Origin: an uncultured Bacteriovoracaceae bacterium
Lineage (GTDB): Bacteria; Bdellovibrionota; UBA2428
Length of the DNA: 64,000 bases
Assembly (NCBI GenBank): GCA_964636255.1
Contig: CAZWNW010000015.1
Location: 760 to 64,759, forward strand
Reading direction: 5' to 3'
The position numbers and the translations under genes are program-made. The notes under the pieces were generated by a model, which saw nothing but the letters and a program-made list of their open reading frames with translations, did not search any database and was not told where the DNA came from. Positions 28,127-37,799 of the stretch are shown here, piece by piece. Positions within the stretch are counted from its first letter, which is position 1. The number at the start of each line of letters is the position of its first letter.

Positions 28127-29241
28127 TTTTCGGTCTCCAAGACGCAGACCGCGTGAATGCCACCAAAGCCTAAAGAGTTGATCAAAATTCGAGGCTCCAA
28201 GAGTTTTTCGGATTCGAGAAGAAAGCGGTTTCGAAATTGAGGGGCTACCTGAGTAGTGTTGGTGATGGGAAAAATTTTCCCGTGGCGGAGTGCCTCGATC
28301 GCGGCGCAGATATCAACAGCGGAACTGGCGCCCAGGCTGTGTCCGATGCAGCCCTTGCTTGCAGTGATTCCGACTTGGTGATTGGGGCTAGTGCTCGGAA
28401 AAACTTCGGAGAGCGTGGCCGATTCAACTTCATCATTGGCGAGTGTTCCGGTGCCGTGGGCAATGATGGCCCCGAGCCGAAGATCCGAGGGAAGAGCGAG
28501 TGCCTCGAGCGCACGTTTGAAGCTACGGCCCCCTTCTTGCGGCCGGGTGATCGAGAAGCCTTCGACATCCAGTGCGCTGGCGCGTAGGCGGATCGGAAAA
28601 TCTCCGCGAGCTTCGCGCTCCATCAGGATCGCAACCGCTGCTTCGCCGATCCGCATCCCGGCCCGTTTTTCATCAAAGGGTCGAAGTGGGGTGGGGCTCA
28701 GGGCGCGCAAGGCATAAAATCCATTTAAGACAAAAGCACCCACAACGTCGGACGAGATTACCAAGACTTCGTCAACTCGATCACTCTCCATCCAGCGTTG
28801 GCCTAGATGGAGCGCCGAAATTCCGCTGGTGCAAGCGTTGCTGAGGCAAATTTGAACTTCGGGCTGCAGATTGTGCCGATTTAGGAAAGCATCCAAGATC
28901 GGACCTAAGGGATCCATCGGCGATACGGAATCCAACCAGGCGATGTCTTCGCTGAGGCCCTTTGTACTGGCGAAAATGATGCCAAGGCGTGTGGATCGCA
29001 AACTTAGTTTCTTGCTCAATCCTCGGTAGGCCTCGTCCAACAAATGGGCGATGCGATTTTCTGCAGACGTGCTTAGTAGATCAGGGACACGGTAGGCATG
29101 AACACTTGGTGGGACGAGTCGAGGAAAGTCTGTGATGGTGAAGCTTTGGCTTAAATCGCGCTTTTCGCAAAGAGCCGTCCACAGGGCATCGTTTCCGGAG
29201 CCCGCAGCTGTCACAGAATAAGAGGCGTTTAGATAAGCCAT
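28123..29241 (-). CDS. beta-ketoacyl-ACP synthase
   Basis: Active-site Cys in LSNACTSGISAL, then IIAHGTGT, KGCIGHSLGASSAVD and NSLGFGGIHAVCVLE. Confidence 0.8.
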   Translation of the reverse strand: MAYLNASYSVTAAGSGNDALWTALCEKRDLSQSFTITDFPRLVPPSVHAYRVPDLLSTSAENRIAHLLDEAYRGLSKKLSLRSTRLGIIFASTKGLSEDIAWLDSVSPMDPLGPILDAFLNRHNLQPEVQICLSNACTSGISALHLGQRWMESDRVDEVLVISSDVVGAFVLNGFYALRALSPTPLRPFDEKRAGMRIGEAAVAILMEREARGDFPIRLRASALDVEGFSITRPQEGGRSFKRALEALALPSDLRLGAIIAHGTGTLANDEVESATLSEVFPSTSPNHQVGITASKGCIGHSLGASSAVDICAAIEALRHGKIFPITNTTQVAPQFRNRFLLESEKLLEPRILINSLGFGGIHAVCVLETEK

Positions 29242-29275
29242 AGGCAGGCTCGGAAGTTTCCGTTATTGTTGAGTC

Positions 29276-29644
29276 GTGATCAACCCTGAAGATGAGTTTT
29301 TCTTTGAAGGGCTCGAGCAGTCTGAATCAGAAATCCGCGCACAGCTCCCGCTGCGTCCCCAGATTCGTTACTTCACGGGCCATTTCCCAGGGGATCCCAT
29401 TTTGCCAGCCGTGGCCGTTGTTGATGCCGCTCATCTCTTGATCAAAAAGACGGGCCGAGTCGGGCGACTCGTGGAGATTGTGAATGGCAAGTTCACGCAG
29501 GCTTCGCGGGCGGGACAAAAATTGGAATTTCGCGCCTCGCTTCATCAACAAACAGAAACTGGGCTGGAGTGGCGGGTAGAGTGGCAAGAAGTCGGCTCAT
29601 CCGAAAAATCCGGTGAGCTCATTTTTCTTTTTGCCCGACTTTAG
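29276..29644 (+). CDS. FabA/FabZ-like hotdog dehydratase
   Basis: YFTGHFPGDPILPAVAVVDA matches the FabZ signature. 122 aa. Confidence 0.65.
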   Translation: MINPEDEFFFEGLEQSESEIRAQLPLRPQIRYFTGHFPGDPILPAVAVVDAAHLLIKKTGRVGRLVEIVNGKFTQASRAGQKLEFRASLHQQTETGLEWRVEWQEVGSSEKSGELIFLFARL

Positions 29645-29664
29645 GACATCGCTAGCTTTAGAAT

Positions 29665-29985
29665 CTAATTTTGAGCTGTAGTTTGGCCGTTCGTTGGATT
29701 GAGTTCAGCGGCAATCAGAGTTCGGATCATCGAATGCACATCGCCTAAAGTACGGATTTCTTTCAGACGGTCACCATCGACGCGAAGATCAAGTTTTTCT
29801 TCTAGGTGCACCAACATATCAACCGCGTCCAAGCTATCAAGCTCGAGGTCCTGGAAAACAGTGGCTTCTGGAAGGAGCTTTTCTTTGGGAATCTCGAATC
29901 CCGTATGAAATACGTCGTTGATTTCTTCGATCAAGAGCTGAGGATTGTTGAAAAGCGAGGCCAGTTTTTCTTTTTGCGTATCCAT
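29665..29985 (-). CDS. acyl carrier protein
   Basis: DLELDSLDAVDMLVHLEE contains the phosphopantetheine Ser motif DSL. Confidence 0.7.
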   Translation of the reverse strand: MDTQKEKLASLFNNPQLLIEEINDVFHTGFEIPKEKLLPEATVFQDLELDSLDAVDMLVHLEEKLDLRVDGDRLKEIRTLGDVHSMIRTLIAAELNPTNGQTTAQN

Positions 29986-29989
29986 AAAC

Positions 29990-31216
29990 TTAGTCGACTT
30001 TCGATAATATCAGGGATGTGCACATCCCTCCAAACGCAAAGTTATTGCTAAGGACGTTTTTGATGGGAAGTCGAAGGGGCTCTTTGATGAGATTCGCGCC
30101 GGCACAAGTAGAATCTATGTTTTCTAAATTTTTGGTAGGGATCAGAGTTCCGTGACCCATCATTTCCATCGACATGATCACTTCGATTCCTCCACAGGCC
30201 GCCAGGGAATGGCCGAAATGACCCTTGAGTGAACTTACGGGGGTTCTGGATCCGAAAGTATCTGCAATGGCTTGGGCCTCTTCAGCATCGCCCTGAATAG
30301 TGCCGGTTGCGTGCGCGTTTACGTAGTCAATATCAGCGGGCCCAAGTTCAGAGCGTTCGAGACTAAGGCGCATTGTTTTAACCATGGCCTCTCGATTGGA
30401 TTGGCTGGCATGAGAGCCTTCACAGACATAGGCCCCGCCCCGAATTTCTGCGCGTGCTTTTTGGCCTCGTTTTTGAAGACTTCGTTCACTTTCTAGAATG
30501 ATGACCGAGGCTCCTTCAGAAACTGCGAGTCCATCGCGATCGCGGTCAAAGGGACGCGGCGATTGATCGGCTCGGTCGTTAAAATTACGGGTAGCCGCAT
30601 GCACGGTGTCAAAAACTGCAGCGCTTGTGTAGTGCAATTCGTCAGCACCGCCGGCGATCACTCGGTCGTAGACTCCTGCGCGAATCAATTCCCAGCCCAG
30701 AATTATGGCTTGGGTCGATGTCGAGCAGGCCGAGGCGACTCCCAAAGCAGGACCCGTGAATCCAAGGGCTGCCGCCACATTTGTTGAGATCGAGTGATTC
30801 ATGACTTTGAAAAAGGAAGTCCCGAGTTGCCCCTCGGGTCCTCCGACTTCCAAAAGTTTTTTAAAATAAGTTTCCAAGGTATCGGGGCTGCCGGAAGTTG
30901 AGCCCATGCAAATCAACGTGCGCGGAAATTCCTGATTGATCGCCTCGGGGCTGATCCCCGCGTCCTCTAGGGCGTCCAGTGCGGCCCGGGCGGCCATCTC
31001 AGACATGCGGGACATGGTTCGACGAGAGCTTCGTGGAACACTTTTAATATCAAAGGGATGTGCCGGGGCGCCAAGGCGAGAGTGAAGGCCTTTGTATTGT
31101 TCCCACTCGGGGTAGGCGCGGATCGCACTCTCGTGTCGAAGGAGCGCTTCGAAGGCAGTCGTGGCACGATTTCCTAATGAGGAAACTAAACCCGTCCCCG
31201 ATATAAAAACTTTCAC
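29990..31216 (-). CDS. beta-ketoacyl-ACP synthase (FabF/FabB-like)
   Basis: GVASACSTSTQAIILG has the catalytic Cys. HATGTIQGD, KGHFGHSLAACG and NNFAFGGMCTSLIL complete the KS motifs. Confidence 0.85.
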   Translation of the reverse strand: MKVFISGTGLVSSLGNRATTAFEALLRHESAIRAYPEWEQYKGLHSRLGAPAHPFDIKSVPRSSRRTMSRMSEMAARAALDALEDAGISPEAINQEFPRTLICMGSTSGSPDTLETYFKKLLEVGGPEGQLGTSFFKVMNHSISTNVAAALGFTGPALGVASACSTSTQAIILGWELIRAGVYDRVIAGGADELHYTSAAVFDTVHAATRNFNDRADQSPRPFDRDRDGLAVSEGASVIILESERSLQKRGQKARAEIRGGAYVCEGSHASQSNREAMVKTMRLSLERSELGPADIDYVNAHATGTIQGDAEEAQAIADTFGSRTPVSSLKGHFGHSLAACGGIEVIMSMEMMGHGTLIPTKNLENIDSTCAGANLIKEPLRLPIKNVLSNNFAFGGMCTSLILSKVD

Positions 31217-31219
31217 CGA

Positions 31220-32728
31220 CTAATAGCTAAGCTCGCTCAGTCGACGAATCAAGGGTTTGATCCCCAAAAGATGGCCAGCCGTTCGCAGGCCAGAGACGCT
31301 GGCCCCCATGACGCCTGGGAAAAGTGTGTTCTGCCCAGTCAAAAGGAGATTCGGAATTTTGGTGCGGGGTCCAAGCGAGCGCGCCCCTGTGTTGGAAATG
31401 GAATGATAAAGTCCATAGGGCGAGCCCTCGGGCGAGGGATTGTAAAACTGATTGGTCAGTGGGCTTGAGGTGGTCGAGTCGATGATTTCAGCCTGGAAAC
31501 CAGGTTCAAAGCGCTCGACCAGTTCGAGGCTTTTCTCTGCTAGTAGCTTTTTTGCTTCCTGGTAGTCCGCTGGACGTTTGCCGATTTGGCTTTCTGCCCA
31601 ACGTTCAAACCAACTGTATTCACATCCGACCAAAAGATTAAATGCAGCTGTTTCGCCTAAGGTTTTGGCATCGCGCTGTGCAGCGGATCGAAAAGCTACC
31701 AGTGGAAGATCAAAGGGAGCGGCCAGTTCTACGGGGGATGTTCCGCCTGACTCGCGGAAGAAATAATCGTTCTTTAGATAGGCCTGGGCCGGTCGATTGT
31801 GGGGCGTTTTCAAGTAAAGACCAAATATCCCGGAGCTTTCTTTCAGTCGCTCAACTCGGCCCTTGAATGCGGGAGTGAAGATTGAGGTGTCGTCGAGCAT
31901 TTGAAAAGTACTCTTTGGATGGATCCCAGAGATAAGAATTTTGCATTCAATCACCGATCCATCTTCCAGTTGGACACTTCGGACTTCGCCGCCTTTTGTG
32001 TGGATGGCCTGGACGCGACTTCTAAGGTGAATTTCTCCGCCCAAATTTTTGAGTCGCTCAACAAAGCGTCCCGCCACCACATCGCCGCCATTTCGAAAAC
32101 CAAAGGCTCCCAATAGCAGAGAATCCAAGATCACGGCGTGCATCCCAAAGGAAGTTTCCGAGGGATCTGCCCCATGCAAAGCGCAGTAGGCGAAAAGGAT
32201 TTTTTTCAAGTTAAGATCGCGAACGTGCCCATCGACCACCTGAGCGAGGGGAGTTTCCATGCTTTTTAAAAGTGCAGACGAATCGACTTCTTCATTAAAG
32301 CGATAAGTTTGAAAGTGAAAGGTAGCCCGACGGGATTCCTCAAGAAATTTGTGAATTCCTTGGCGCTCTGCGGGAAATTGCTCGCAAAGGCCTTCGGCAA
32401 AATTCTCGTATCCGGTGGGAATTTTGAAATCAAAGTTCGGGAAGTGCAAGTGATCAAAGCCCTTCGGGTCGAGTTCAATGTAATCCTCTTCGAAAAATAC
32501 CCCGAGTGATTGCAGCAAGGCGTGAAAGGGTTGGCCTGTCTTAAGCGCGCCCACATAATGGGCACCGGTATCAAAGCGATGGCCAAAACGATTAAAGCAA
32601 TGAAGATAGCCTCCGGGTTTGAAAGTTTTTTCTAAAACACAAACCGATCGACCGGCTTCCGCAAGCAGGATTGCAGCCGTGAGGCTTGAAACCCCAGAAC
32701 CGATCAAGACCACATCATAGGATTTCAT
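31220..32728 (-). CDS. FAD-dependent oxidoreductase, phytoene-desaturase (CrtI)-like
   Basis: MKSYDVVLIGSGVSSLTAAILLAEAGRSVCVLEK is an N-terminal Rossmann GxGxxG dinucleotide fold. 502 aa. Confidence 0.65.
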   Translation of the reverse strand: MKSYDVVLIGSGVSSLTAAILLAEAGRSVCVLEKTFKPGGYLHCFNRFGHRFDTGAHYVGALKTGQPFHALLQSLGVFFEEDYIELDPKGFDHLHFPNFDFKIPTGYENFAEGLCEQFPAERQGIHKFLEESRRATFHFQTYRFNEEVDSSALLKSMETPLAQVVDGHVRDLNLKKILFAYCALHGADPSETSFGMHAVILDSLLLGAFGFRNGGDVVAGRFVERLKNLGGEIHLRSRVQAIHTKGGEVRSVQLEDGSVIECKILISGIHPKSTFQMLDDTSIFTPAFKGRVERLKESSGIFGLYLKTPHNRPAQAYLKNDYFFRESGGTSPVELAAPFDLPLVAFRSAAQRDAKTLGETAAFNLLVGCEYSWFERWAESQIGKRPADYQEAKKLLAEKSLELVERFEPGFQAEIIDSTTSSPLTNQFYNPSPEGSPYGLYHSISNTGARSLGPRTKIPNLLLTGQNTLFPGVMGASVSGLRTAGHLLGIKPLIRRLSELSY

Positions 32729-33498
32729 GTGGGAAAGAGGCCACCATTAATGCTGAGCGTGTGCCCAGTGACATATGAGGCGGCGGGTGAACAGAGGAAA
32801 TCGATGCAGGCTGCGACTTCGTCGGCTGTTCCAAAGCGCCCCATAGGAATACGTTTTTTAAAGTCTTCGAGTTGAGGAATATTTTGGATCATTTCAGTTT
32901 CGATCAAACCAGGAGCTACCGCATTCACGCGCACATTGCGGGGCCCTAGTTCCATGGCCAGAGTTTTGGTCATCGCGATCAGGCCCGCCTTGCTCGCGGC
33001 ATAATTAATCTGCCCAGGATTGCCGGTTTGCCCAGCAAGAGACGCGACATTGACGATGGCACCCTTGCGGGCGCGCATCATTTTCCGCGCAGCCCACTTC
33101 AGCAAGACAAAGGGCCCGTGAAGATTCGTGCGCACGACGCGATCAAAAGATTCCAGAGACATCAATCCCGCTAGTGTGTCTTCGTGAATGCCGGCGTTGT
33201 TGACAAGAACTTCAACGGAGCGACTGCCATGTTCCTTCCAAAAGCTCTCGATACGTTCTTCAATCTCTTCAGGTCGGCCCAGATCAGCTTGCCAAAGAAG
33301 GCCTTGACCGCCCCCATCACGAATTTCCTCGAGGACCTTTTCGGCCTTTCCCTGGTTCGAATTGTAATGGATCCAGATTTCATAACCTCGAGCAGCCAAT
33401 CTCCGGGCAGTAGCCGCGCCAATTCCCGAGGAGGCGCCCGTTACCAAGGCTATTGCGGAAGACGGGGTCGACATTAAGATGTAAGGTACTTGGCTCAT
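32725..33498 (-). CDS. 3-oxoacyl-ACP reductase (SDR, FabG-like)
   Basis: ALVTGASSGIGAATARRL, NNAG and YAASKAG are SDR signatures. Start possibly at the internal Met near 33474. Confidence 0.85.
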   Translation of the reverse strand: MSQVPYILMSTPSSAIALVTGASSGIGAATARRLAARGYEIWIHYNSNQGKAEKVLEEIRDGGGQGLLWQADLGRPEEIEERIESFWKEHGSRSVEVLVNNAGIHEDTLAGLMSLESFDRVVRTNLHGPFVLLKWAARKMMRARKGAIVNVASLAGQTGNPGQINYAASKAGLIAMTKTLAMELGPRNVRVNAVAPGLIETEMIQNIPQLEDFKKRIPMGRFGTADEVAACIDFLCSPAASYVTGHTLSINGGLFPT

Positions 33499-34298
33499 TT
33501 ATGAACGTCAAACCCGGAGCTTCTCTACGAAGTGAAACCTCGATTTTCTGGACGATTTATTTCTACATCAGCTTTCTATTTCTGGGCGCGTTCTATGCGA
33601 TGCCTATTGTTTTGCCCTTGGCGCTCTTGGCCCGTATTTTTCCGCGCTTTCGTCCTTTAGCCCATTGGGCTTTGAGTTGGGGAACGGGCTTGTTTTTGAA
33701 ACTTCAACCGTGGCTCAGGGTCGAATTTCGACGTCCGGCCGGAGCTCGAAGTCTTGGGCCGGGCCCCACGCTTTTTGTCGCGAATCATCGATCGATATTA
33801 GATGGCTTTTTAATGTTAACGCTGATCCCTGGAGTATCGATGCTTGCAAAACGAAGTCTCTTTAATTTGCCGATGCTGGGCATCATGATGCGGGCAACGG
33901 GCCAAATCCCTGCGGTAAAAGGGGATTTAAATAGTTTGCTGCGAGCCCGCGAAATCTGCGCGAAAAAATTAAATGGGGGCGGAAAGGTTCTTGTCTTTCC
34001 GGAGCTCACACGTTGCCCTCCGGGTCACCCGGCTTCCAAAGATTTTTCCTCTTTGCCGTTTACACTTGTCGGTGGAACCTCGTGTACTTTAGTTCCCATT
34101 GTGATTCATGGTTCAGATCGAGCGTGGTTTCCGGCGACCTCCAAAGTGGCCCGTCGTGCCCATGTGACGATTCAAGAGCTTGATCCGATAGTGATTACTG
34201 ACGCGGCTTCCAAGGATCTGGCACGGACTGCAAAAGAGAGTATCGATCGCGAATGGTTTTTGCGGGAAGCTTTCTCGGGTCGGGATCTGAATCAATGA
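33453..34298 (+). CDS. lysophospholipid (1-acyl-glycerol-3-phosphate) acyltransferase family protein
   Basis: VANHRSILD is the HX4D motif and FPELTR matches the FPEGTR motif. N-terminal TM segment. Start likely at the internal Met (near 33501 or 33600), because the listed ORF overlaps the divergent KR gene. Confidence 0.7.
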   Translation: MRKTGSTLRCKVLGSFMNVKPGASLRSETSIFWTIYFYISFLFLGAFYAMPIVLPLALLARIFPRFRPLAHWALSWGTGLFLKLQPWLRVEFRRPAGARSLGPGPTLFVANHRSILDGFLMLTLIPGVSMLAKRSLFNLPMLGIMMRATGQIPAVKGDLNSLLRAREICAKKLNGGGKVLVFPELTRCPPGHPASKDFSSLPFTLVGGTSCTLVPIVIHGSDRAWFPATSKVARRAHVTIQELDPIVITDAASKDLARTAKESIDREWFLREAFSGRDLNQ

Positions 34299-36337
34299 AA
34301 ATCAGACTTTGTATTTTAGTCCCCACCTACAACAATGCGGAAAGTATTCTTCAGGTTTGCTCGGAGTTGATCGAAAATACTGAGCTGCCCGTTCTCGTTG
34401 TGGACGACGGATCTTCGATTCCGGTCGAGACTCTGTTGGGCGAGGAAAAATTTCTCATAGCCCGGGCGAGTGGTCGACTTACGATTCTTTGTAACGACGA
34501 GAATCGTGGCAAAGGATTTAGTCTCGAGCGCGGATTTCGATGGTGCATCACTCAGGGCTACACGCACGCACTGGCTTTCGACGGCGATGGCCAACATCTG
34601 GTAAGTGAAATCCCTAAACTTTTGAACGAAGCACGAGAAAATCCCTGGGCTTTGATCGTCGGTAGTCGCAAATTCCAGGGACCGAGCGTGCCAGAGGTCA
34701 GTCGATTCGGCCGCAAATTTTCGAATTTTTGGGTGCGCTTTCAGACCGAAATGGGTGTGAGCGATTCGCAAAGTGGCCTGCGTGTTTATCCTCTCTTTTT
34801 CATTCAGCGCATGAATTTTTTCAGCAAGCGCTTTGACTTCGAGATCGAAGTTCTGGTGCGCTTGATGTGGCGGGGCGTGGCCATTCGCGATGTCGAGGTG
34901 GCTTGTTATTATCCACCCGCAGAAGAGCGCATCAGCCACTTTGATAAACTCTGGGACAATGTCCGTATTTCGCTTTTGAATACGGTTTTAGTCGTGGTGA
35001 GCTTGTTGCGCACCCGTCTTTCGCCCATTCCCGTGGGCGTTGCGGTAGCGCTTGGGGTATGGGTGGGAACGACGCCTTTTTTTGGTTTTCATGCTTTGAT
35101 CTGTGCCGGACTGTCGTTCGTCTTTCGTTTGAATTTCCTGATGCTTCTGTTGGGTTCGCAGATTTCCATTCCTCCAATCGCACCTTTTCTTTCGGTGGCT
35201 TCTATTGCGCTGGGTGAAAATCTTTTTGGACTTGCGGGCGAGTCTAAGATTCTTGGGATGGCGGGGGCCTGGTTGGCTGGTTCACTTGTCTTAGGGGCAA
35301 TTCTTGGGCTCTTGATTGGAGGACTCGTCAGCATCTTGCTGTATCGTGTGAAAAGTCAGCGCGCGAATTGGCAAGGCAAAACCCGCGGCGGGCGTTTCGG
35401 AAATGCCTTCATGAAATTTGTGGCGCAAAAAGTCGGACTTCGCGTCGCCTATTTCTTTCTTTATTTTATTGTTCCGTATTTTTATTTTTTTTCGCCATCC
35501 GGCACTCGCGCTTCGAATCACTACTGGAAGCAGACACGACCGGAAGTCGGTTTTTGGAAACGACAGTGGCTTGTGCTTTGTCATTACATGACTTTCGCCA
35601 AGACACTCCTCGATCGAATTCTTCAGAGCGGACATGAAAATTCTCTTTACTATTATCCCTCCCAAGGTGGGGAATTGCTACACGAAGCTTTGGATCGGGG
35701 CGAGGGAATTGTTTTGATCGGTTCACATGTGGGGAATTGGCATCTGGCTCTAACGGAACTTGCTCGCAGACGACGGGATCAGTCGTTGGTTTCACTTGAG
35801 TATCAGTCCGAGGGTTTGACCTTTGATAAGGCAATCGGTGGTGATGCATCACCCTTAACGGAAGTTTTGTCTTCAAAAATGGCTCTACCACTTCTTGAAG
35901 CGCGTTCACTTTTGGAGCGGGGCCAGCCGCTGGGCATGATGATTGATCGGCCCGGAATCGGCACTGCAGAACTGATACCCTTTTTTGGGGGCTTGGCCGC
36001 TTTTGATGCAACACCTATACGTCTGGCGATGGCCTGTCGAAAGAGAATACTTTTCACATTTAGTTTTAAGGATGGTGACAGAACTTACCGCTCCTTCGCC
36101 TTCGAGGAAATTTTCCCGATTCCCGGAGAAGGAGTAGATCGCGAAACCCATCTTCACCAGGCTTTGTGCGTTTACGCGACACGCCTTGAAAGCATGCTTC
36201 GCCGTTATCCGGATCAGTGGTTTAATTTTTTCCCTTTTTGGTCTCGGCCCCCCTTTTCTCCGCTGGATGCAGCGATGGCAGATTCAGAGGTGCCCGTGGA
36301 GAGGCGAAAAGTCTCCGAAGCCAGTGCCAAATTGTGA
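34295..36337 (+). CDS. fusion protein: GT2 glycosyltransferase + multi-TM region + LpxL/HtrB-like lipid acyltransferase
   Basis: N-terminal CILVPTYNNAES...VVDDGS...DGDGQH is GT-A/GT2. The middle hydrophobic block has several TM segments. C-terminal GSHVGNWHL resembles the HxxNWE motif of lauroyl/myristoyl acyltransferases. ATGA overlap with the upstream gene. Track ORF starts at 34253. Confidence 0.6.
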   Translation: MKIRLCILVPTYNNAESILQVCSELIENTELPVLVVDDGSSIPVETLLGEEKFLIARASGRLTILCNDENRGKGFSLERGFRWCITQGYTHALAFDGDGQHLVSEIPKLLNEARENPWALIVGSRKFQGPSVPEVSRFGRKFSNFWVRFQTEMGVSDSQSGLRVYPLFFIQRMNFFSKRFDFEIEVLVRLMWRGVAIRDVEVACYYPPAEERISHFDKLWDNVRISLLNTVLVVVSLLRTRLSPIPVGVAVALGVWVGTTPFFGFHALICAGLSFVFRLNFLMLLLGSQISIPPIAPFLSVASIALGENLFGLAGESKILGMAGAWLAGSLVLGAILGLLIGGLVSILLYRVKSQRANWQGKTRGGRFGNAFMKFVAQKVGLRVAYFFLYFIVPYFYFFSPSGTRASNHYWKQTRPEVGFWKRQWLVLCHYMTFAKTLLDRILQSGHENSLYYYPSQGGELLHEALDRGEGIVLIGSHVGNWHLALTELARRRRDQSLVSLEYQSEGLTFDKAIGGDASPLTEVLSSKMALPLLEARSLLERGQPLGMMIDRPGIGTAELIPFFGGLAAFDATPIRLAMACRKRILFTFSFKDGDRTYRSFAFEEIFPIPGEGVDRETHLHQALCVYATRLESMLRRYPDQWFNFFPFWSRPPFSPLDAAMADSEVPVERRKVSEASAKL

Positions 36338-36363
36338 AGCGTCGCATTAGATTCGAGAGATGA

Positions 36364-36882
36364 GTGTCAAGTCACTTGCCGGAAATCCTTTCCCGGTGCA
36401 GCCTAATGGGCATGAAGCTTATCTCGCTAAAAATATTTTCAATTTTAGTTTTAAGTTGCTTAGTTTTTTCCTGTCGCGCCAAACAAGCGAAGGTCGCTCC
36501 GATGGTGAAGACAGATATCGACCTTTCACAATTGAAGCTGCCTCACAATGCAGGACTCAATGATGGGAATCTTGGTATGTTTAGTGGAGGCAGCCTGTCT
36601 ACCTTGGTGAAAACCACCGAAGGCCCCTATGTTCTTCAGTTGGAGGCTCGTGCAGATCTCTTTCGCGGCAAAGGCCCGATCGTCGATGTGACGGTCAATG
36701 GTCGTTCCGAGGGACAGCTTGAAGTCGTTTCCACGACTTTCAAAACCTATGATCTAAAGATCTCGCATCTCAGGGCCGGTACCCACGAAATTGTCATACA
36801 CTTCACGAACGATCAATACGATGAAGCGACCAAAGAAGACCGCAATCTCTATCTGAAACGCATTACCTATTGGCGGCAATAA
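36364..36882 (+). CDS. lipoprotein, unknown function
   Basis: Internal Met gives MGMKLISLKIFSILVLSCLVFSC (lipobox). Likely start near 36406. Confidence 0.4.
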   Translation: MSSHLPEILSRCSLMGMKLISLKIFSILVLSCLVFSCRAKQAKVAPMVKTDIDLSQLKLPHNAGLNDGNLGMFSGGSLSTLVKTTEGPYVLQLEARADLFRGKGPIVDVTVNGRSEGQLEVVSTTFKTYDLKISHLRAGTHEIVIHFTNDQYDEATKEDRNLYLKRITYWRQ

Positions 36883-36898
36883 TTTTGCTGACTGCAGT

Positions 36899-37657
36899 TT
36901 AGTAGAAAAGACGAAGTCGACCGAATAAGCCCGTTTCTGAATATTCACCGGAGAGTCCTTCAGTAAATTCAATTTCCTTCGATCGATATCCGAATTCACC
37001 GCGAAGACTGCCGACCTCCAGAAAAGCCGATGCGAAATAGCTCGATCCGCCAAAAGCCCGATCTTGGAAGCGGGTTTCCTGCTTTAGAAGTTTTTTGTAT
37101 TCACCCCGAAGGCCTAGCCATTGCGCGAGATAAACTTGAAGTTCGGGTCCTATGGAAAATCCTGTGTAGTAATCGCGCGGACCCGTGGGGTGTTTCAAGT
37201 TGTTGTATTCGTAACCCACACGAAGAATTAAATTGGTGTCTTGAATATTGCCACCGAAAAGTCGAAATTGCGCGTCGACTTCAATCATCTGGTTGTTAAT
37301 GTCACTTGCCTCTGCGTTCGGAAGCCAACTCGAAGCATCTTCGTATCGCAGACGAAGACCGGCTCGCATCAGATAATAATCAATTTCAAAACCTTGACGA
37401 TAGGGACTCAGATCCCACGAAAATGTGAAATCCATGGGTAATTTATTCGTGTGTTGCATCAACCAACGATCTTGGGCCGCCATCTTTTCCTTCGTACGAA
37501 GCCAAGAATCCAGAGTCCATCGCGATTGCCTCCGTTCCCTTTGTCTCTCTGGAAAAAACACAATCGCGATTGGACTAGAGTCTTGTCCCCGAGCCGGAAG
37601 CGAAAGAATGCCGAGAAGAACTACTGCTGGTAGGTAGCGCAATTGTCTAAATAACAT
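36899..37657 (-). CDS. putative outer-membrane beta-barrel protein
   Basis: Signal peptide MLFRQLRYLPAVVLLGILSLPARG, alternating strands and terminal ...RLRLFY. Confidence 0.4.
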   Translation of the reverse strand: MLFRQLRYLPAVVLLGILSLPARGQDSSPIAIVFFPERQRERRQSRWTLDSWLRTKEKMAAQDRWLMQHTNKLPMDFTFSWDLSPYRQGFEIDYYLMRAGLRLRYEDASSWLPNAEASDINNQMIEVDAQFRLFGGNIQDTNLILRVGYEYNNLKHPTGPRDYYTGFSIGPELQVYLAQWLGLRGEYKKLLKQETRFQDRAFGGSSYFASAFLEVGSLRGEFGYRSKEIEFTEGLSGEYSETGLFGRLRLFY

Positions 37658-37799
37658 TGCCTTAGTCTATGTCAGGATGCTTTTGAATGACACTTCATTC
37701 CCTATCTTCACTTCTTTTTAACAGAAAAAGAATGCGATCTTCACTGGGGCTCTAGCACTCGAATTTATTATAATTATTGGGGAAGGGCGAAGCATCACG

